IMG/VR virus record: IMGVR_UViG_3300027571_000033
Coordinates: 1-37,576 of that record
Strand: one strand, 5' to 3'
Length of the DNA stretch: 37,576 nt
Origin: a virus
Taxonomy: Duplodnaviria; Caudoviricetes
Both the position numbers and the translations under genes were made by a program. The notes beneath the pieces are model-generated. The model worked only from the letters and a program-made list of their open reading frames with translations, ran no database searches and was not told the DNA's origin. This document shows positions 35,725 through 37,576 of this stretch, one piece after another (position 1 is the stretch's first letter; each line of letters starts with the position of its first letter).

Positions 35725-36636
35725 ATGCGTAGAATAACAACAGGTGTACAGGGTGGACCAGTTTTAGGTACATTTACAGCAAAAGAGAATAACTTGCAAA
35801 CTATTGAAGACAATGTCGATATGGTGTTTGACCCTAACGGACTCGGTGAAGTTAAATCTGCGAAACATATTCAACTAAACGCTGAAAAAACTTTAAAATT
35901 AGCCGATAGTGCAAGTAGTAATTATGCGGGACTTAAATCGCCTACTACATTAGGTGGCAGTTATACATTAACTATGCCAACAGCATTACCATCGCAGAAT
36001 GGGTATGCGATAACAAGTGATACTTCAGGTAACTTATCATTTGGTGATATTAGTTTTGAAACAACAAACCAAACAGGAGATTCGGGCACTTATTACGTTG
36101 CCATAATGGATGATGCCGATGCAGGTGATGGTAGTGTTACAGGACTAAACTATAGTGCTGGAAAATTATCGTTTGTTCCATCAAGTGGTATGTTGTCAAC
36201 AACAGCAATTACTACAACTGGTAATAGCAGTTTAGGTGGTACTACAACAGTAAGCAGTATTGACTGTAATGGTGGCTCCATCGATGGTACAACAATAGGT
36301 GGTGCGACTAGAGCTAACGGTAGTTTTAGTACAATGACAGCAACTAGTATTGTAGAGGATTCAAGTATCACTCTTAAAGAAAATGTTAATCCTATTACTG
36401 ATGCACTACAAAGTGTATTACAATTATCAGGTGTTACATATGATCGTAAAGACGGAAGTACAAAACACGAAGCAGGCTTAATTGCTGAAGATGTGTATAA
36501 CGTACTACCAAATCTAGTTAAACTAGATGATGCTGGTAAACCACTTGGTATTAACTACACCAAACTTACAGCATACTTAATTGAGTCTGTTAAATCATTA
36601 ACAAACGAAATTGCTGAATTAAAAAAAAGTAAATAG
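35725..36636 (+). CDS. Fibre protein with C-terminal intramolecular chaperone (Peptidase S74-like) domain
   Basis: DSSITLKENV (Ser/Lys dyad position), GVTYDRK, GLIAEDV..VLP.LV, GINYTKLTAYLIESVK and a terminal coiled coil. Confidence 0.85.
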   Translation: MRRITTGVQGGPVLGTFTAKENNLQTIEDNVDMVFDPNGLGEVKSAKHIQLNAEKTLKLADSASSNYAGLKSPTTLGGSYTLTMPTALPSQNGYAITSDTSGNLSFGDISFETTNQTGDSGTYYVAIMDDADAGDGSVTGLNYSAGKLSFVPSSGMLSTTAITTTGNSSLGGTTTVSSIDCNGGSIDGTTIGGATRANGSFSTMTATSIVEDSSITLKENVNPITDALQSVLQLSGVTYDRKDGSTKHEAGLIAEDVYNVLPNLVKLDDAGKPLGINYTKLTAYLIESVKSLTNEIAELKKSK

Positions 36637-36648
36637 GGAGCAAGCCTA

Positions 36649-37576
36649 GTGGCAACGTTAAAAAATACAACAATAAACTCAACCGGAAATATAAATCTTC
36701 CGTCGGGTACAACCGCACAGCGTCCTTCGACACCGGCAGACGGTGATATGAGATATAATACTGACCTAGGTTATGCAGAATATTATTTCAAAGGATTTTG
36801 GGCAGATGTTAGAACCGGACAAGGTGCATTTATGCGTAGGAATTGTGTTGTACAACTAGATGCCACACTACCAGAATCATATCCAGGTAGCGGAACAGTA
36901 TGGTATGATTTATCAGGTAATGCAAATAATTTTAATATAAATGCTAGTGCTTACAACGCCAGTGTTAATGGAACAGGTTCTAATATAAACAGTACTACAA
37001 CTACACTTGCTGGTAATAGTTACGGTGTTGACGGATATATGGATTTTAATGGTAGTTATGGTCAAGCTAAAAACGCATCTGATATAAGTTTATCAGGAGA
37101 CGTTACTTACTATTGTGTGTCTAGAGTAAAAACTAGTACAGCTGAGTGGCGAACACTTACAAGGAGTTACAATGCCGACCATCATGTAATTATACAAAGT
37201 GGTGCTAACGATGTTGGTATGTACGATAACGACGGCTCAGGCTTTATAGATAGCGGCATAAATCAAAACACACAATTTCCTTGTTACAGTAACGATCAGT
37301 ATACTAGTGGCGGCAACACTCAAAGAATGTTTGCTGTATATGCATGGAGTTGGAGTAATAGTGATAATCCGACATATAAATGTTTTATTAATGGTTACCT
37401 TGCAGGAACAATAACAAATTCAAACGCACGATACAATAGGGGATTTGGATCAATTGGTGGATATCACAGCGGTAACTCTAGCGTAAATAGTGGATCGCAG
37501 TATTGGGGAGATATAAAATTCTTTTCAGCACACGCCGATAGACATACTGATGAAGAAATTAGAAGTAATACAGCTT
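36649..37576 (+). CDS. LamG/concanavalin-A-like fibre or receptor-binding protein; GTG start, truncated by window end; not in ORF track
   Basis: GGGAG RBS then GTG. Translates MATLKNTTINSTGNINLPSGTTAQRP...GDMRYNT...LDATLPESYPGSGTVWYDLSGNANN...MDFNG...FINGYL...WGDIKFF with no stop to the window edge. Confidence 0.8.
   Translation, partial: MATLKNTTINSTGNINLPSGTTAQRPSTPADGDMRYNTDLGYAEYYFKGFWADVRTGQGAFMRRNCVVQLDATLPESYPGSGTVWYDLSGNANNFNINASAYNASVNGTGSNINSTTTTLAGNSYGVDGYMDFNGSYGQAKNASDISLSGDVTYYCVSRVKTSTAEWRTLTRSYNADHHVIIQSGANDVGMYDNDGSGFIDSGINQNTQFPCYSNDQYTSGGNTQRMFAVYAWSWSNSDNPTYKCFINGYLAGTITNSNARYNRGFGSIGGYHSGNSSVNSGSQYWGDIKFFSAHADRHTDEEIRSNTA

Noticed and set aside
1-37576. Stop-codon reassignment or programmed frameshift joining adjacent ORFs
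   Set aside because: Standard-code ORFs tile the window densely and TAA, TAG and TGA all end genes. Downstream genes have their own starts, and no convincing slippery site with stimulatory structure was seen.

Overview
AT-rich, all-plus-strand late (virion) region of a large T4-like (myovirus-type) bacteriophage. It opens with the head module: the portal C-terminus, a small ORF, two tandem Maf/DUF115-like putative sugar-nucleotide transferases, an acidic core protein, a gp21-like prohead protease, a gp22-like scaffold, and a gp23-like major capsid protein closed by a cUUCGg terminator. About 31 kb of fibre/appendage genes follow. These include four giant beta-helix-containing proteins in two register-matched paralogue pairs (1852/1888 aa and 1837/2790 aa), three small paralogous putative adaptors, an S74-chaperone fibre and a truncated LamG-like protein missing from the ORF track. 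NNTAAATA late-promoter boxes recur in the intergenic gaps; two probably give leaderless mRNAs and two precede structured 5' leaders. The most striking observation is in the 2790-aa protein. It carries six helical repeats with a C-x-[RQ]-D...G[GT] motif that aligns without gaps to the bilin-attachment helix of phycobiliproteins, plus an inserted domain with a complete type-1 (blue) copper ligand set. This suggests a possibly pigmented, redox-active virion appendage. All functional calls come from motif recognition by eye; no searches were run.
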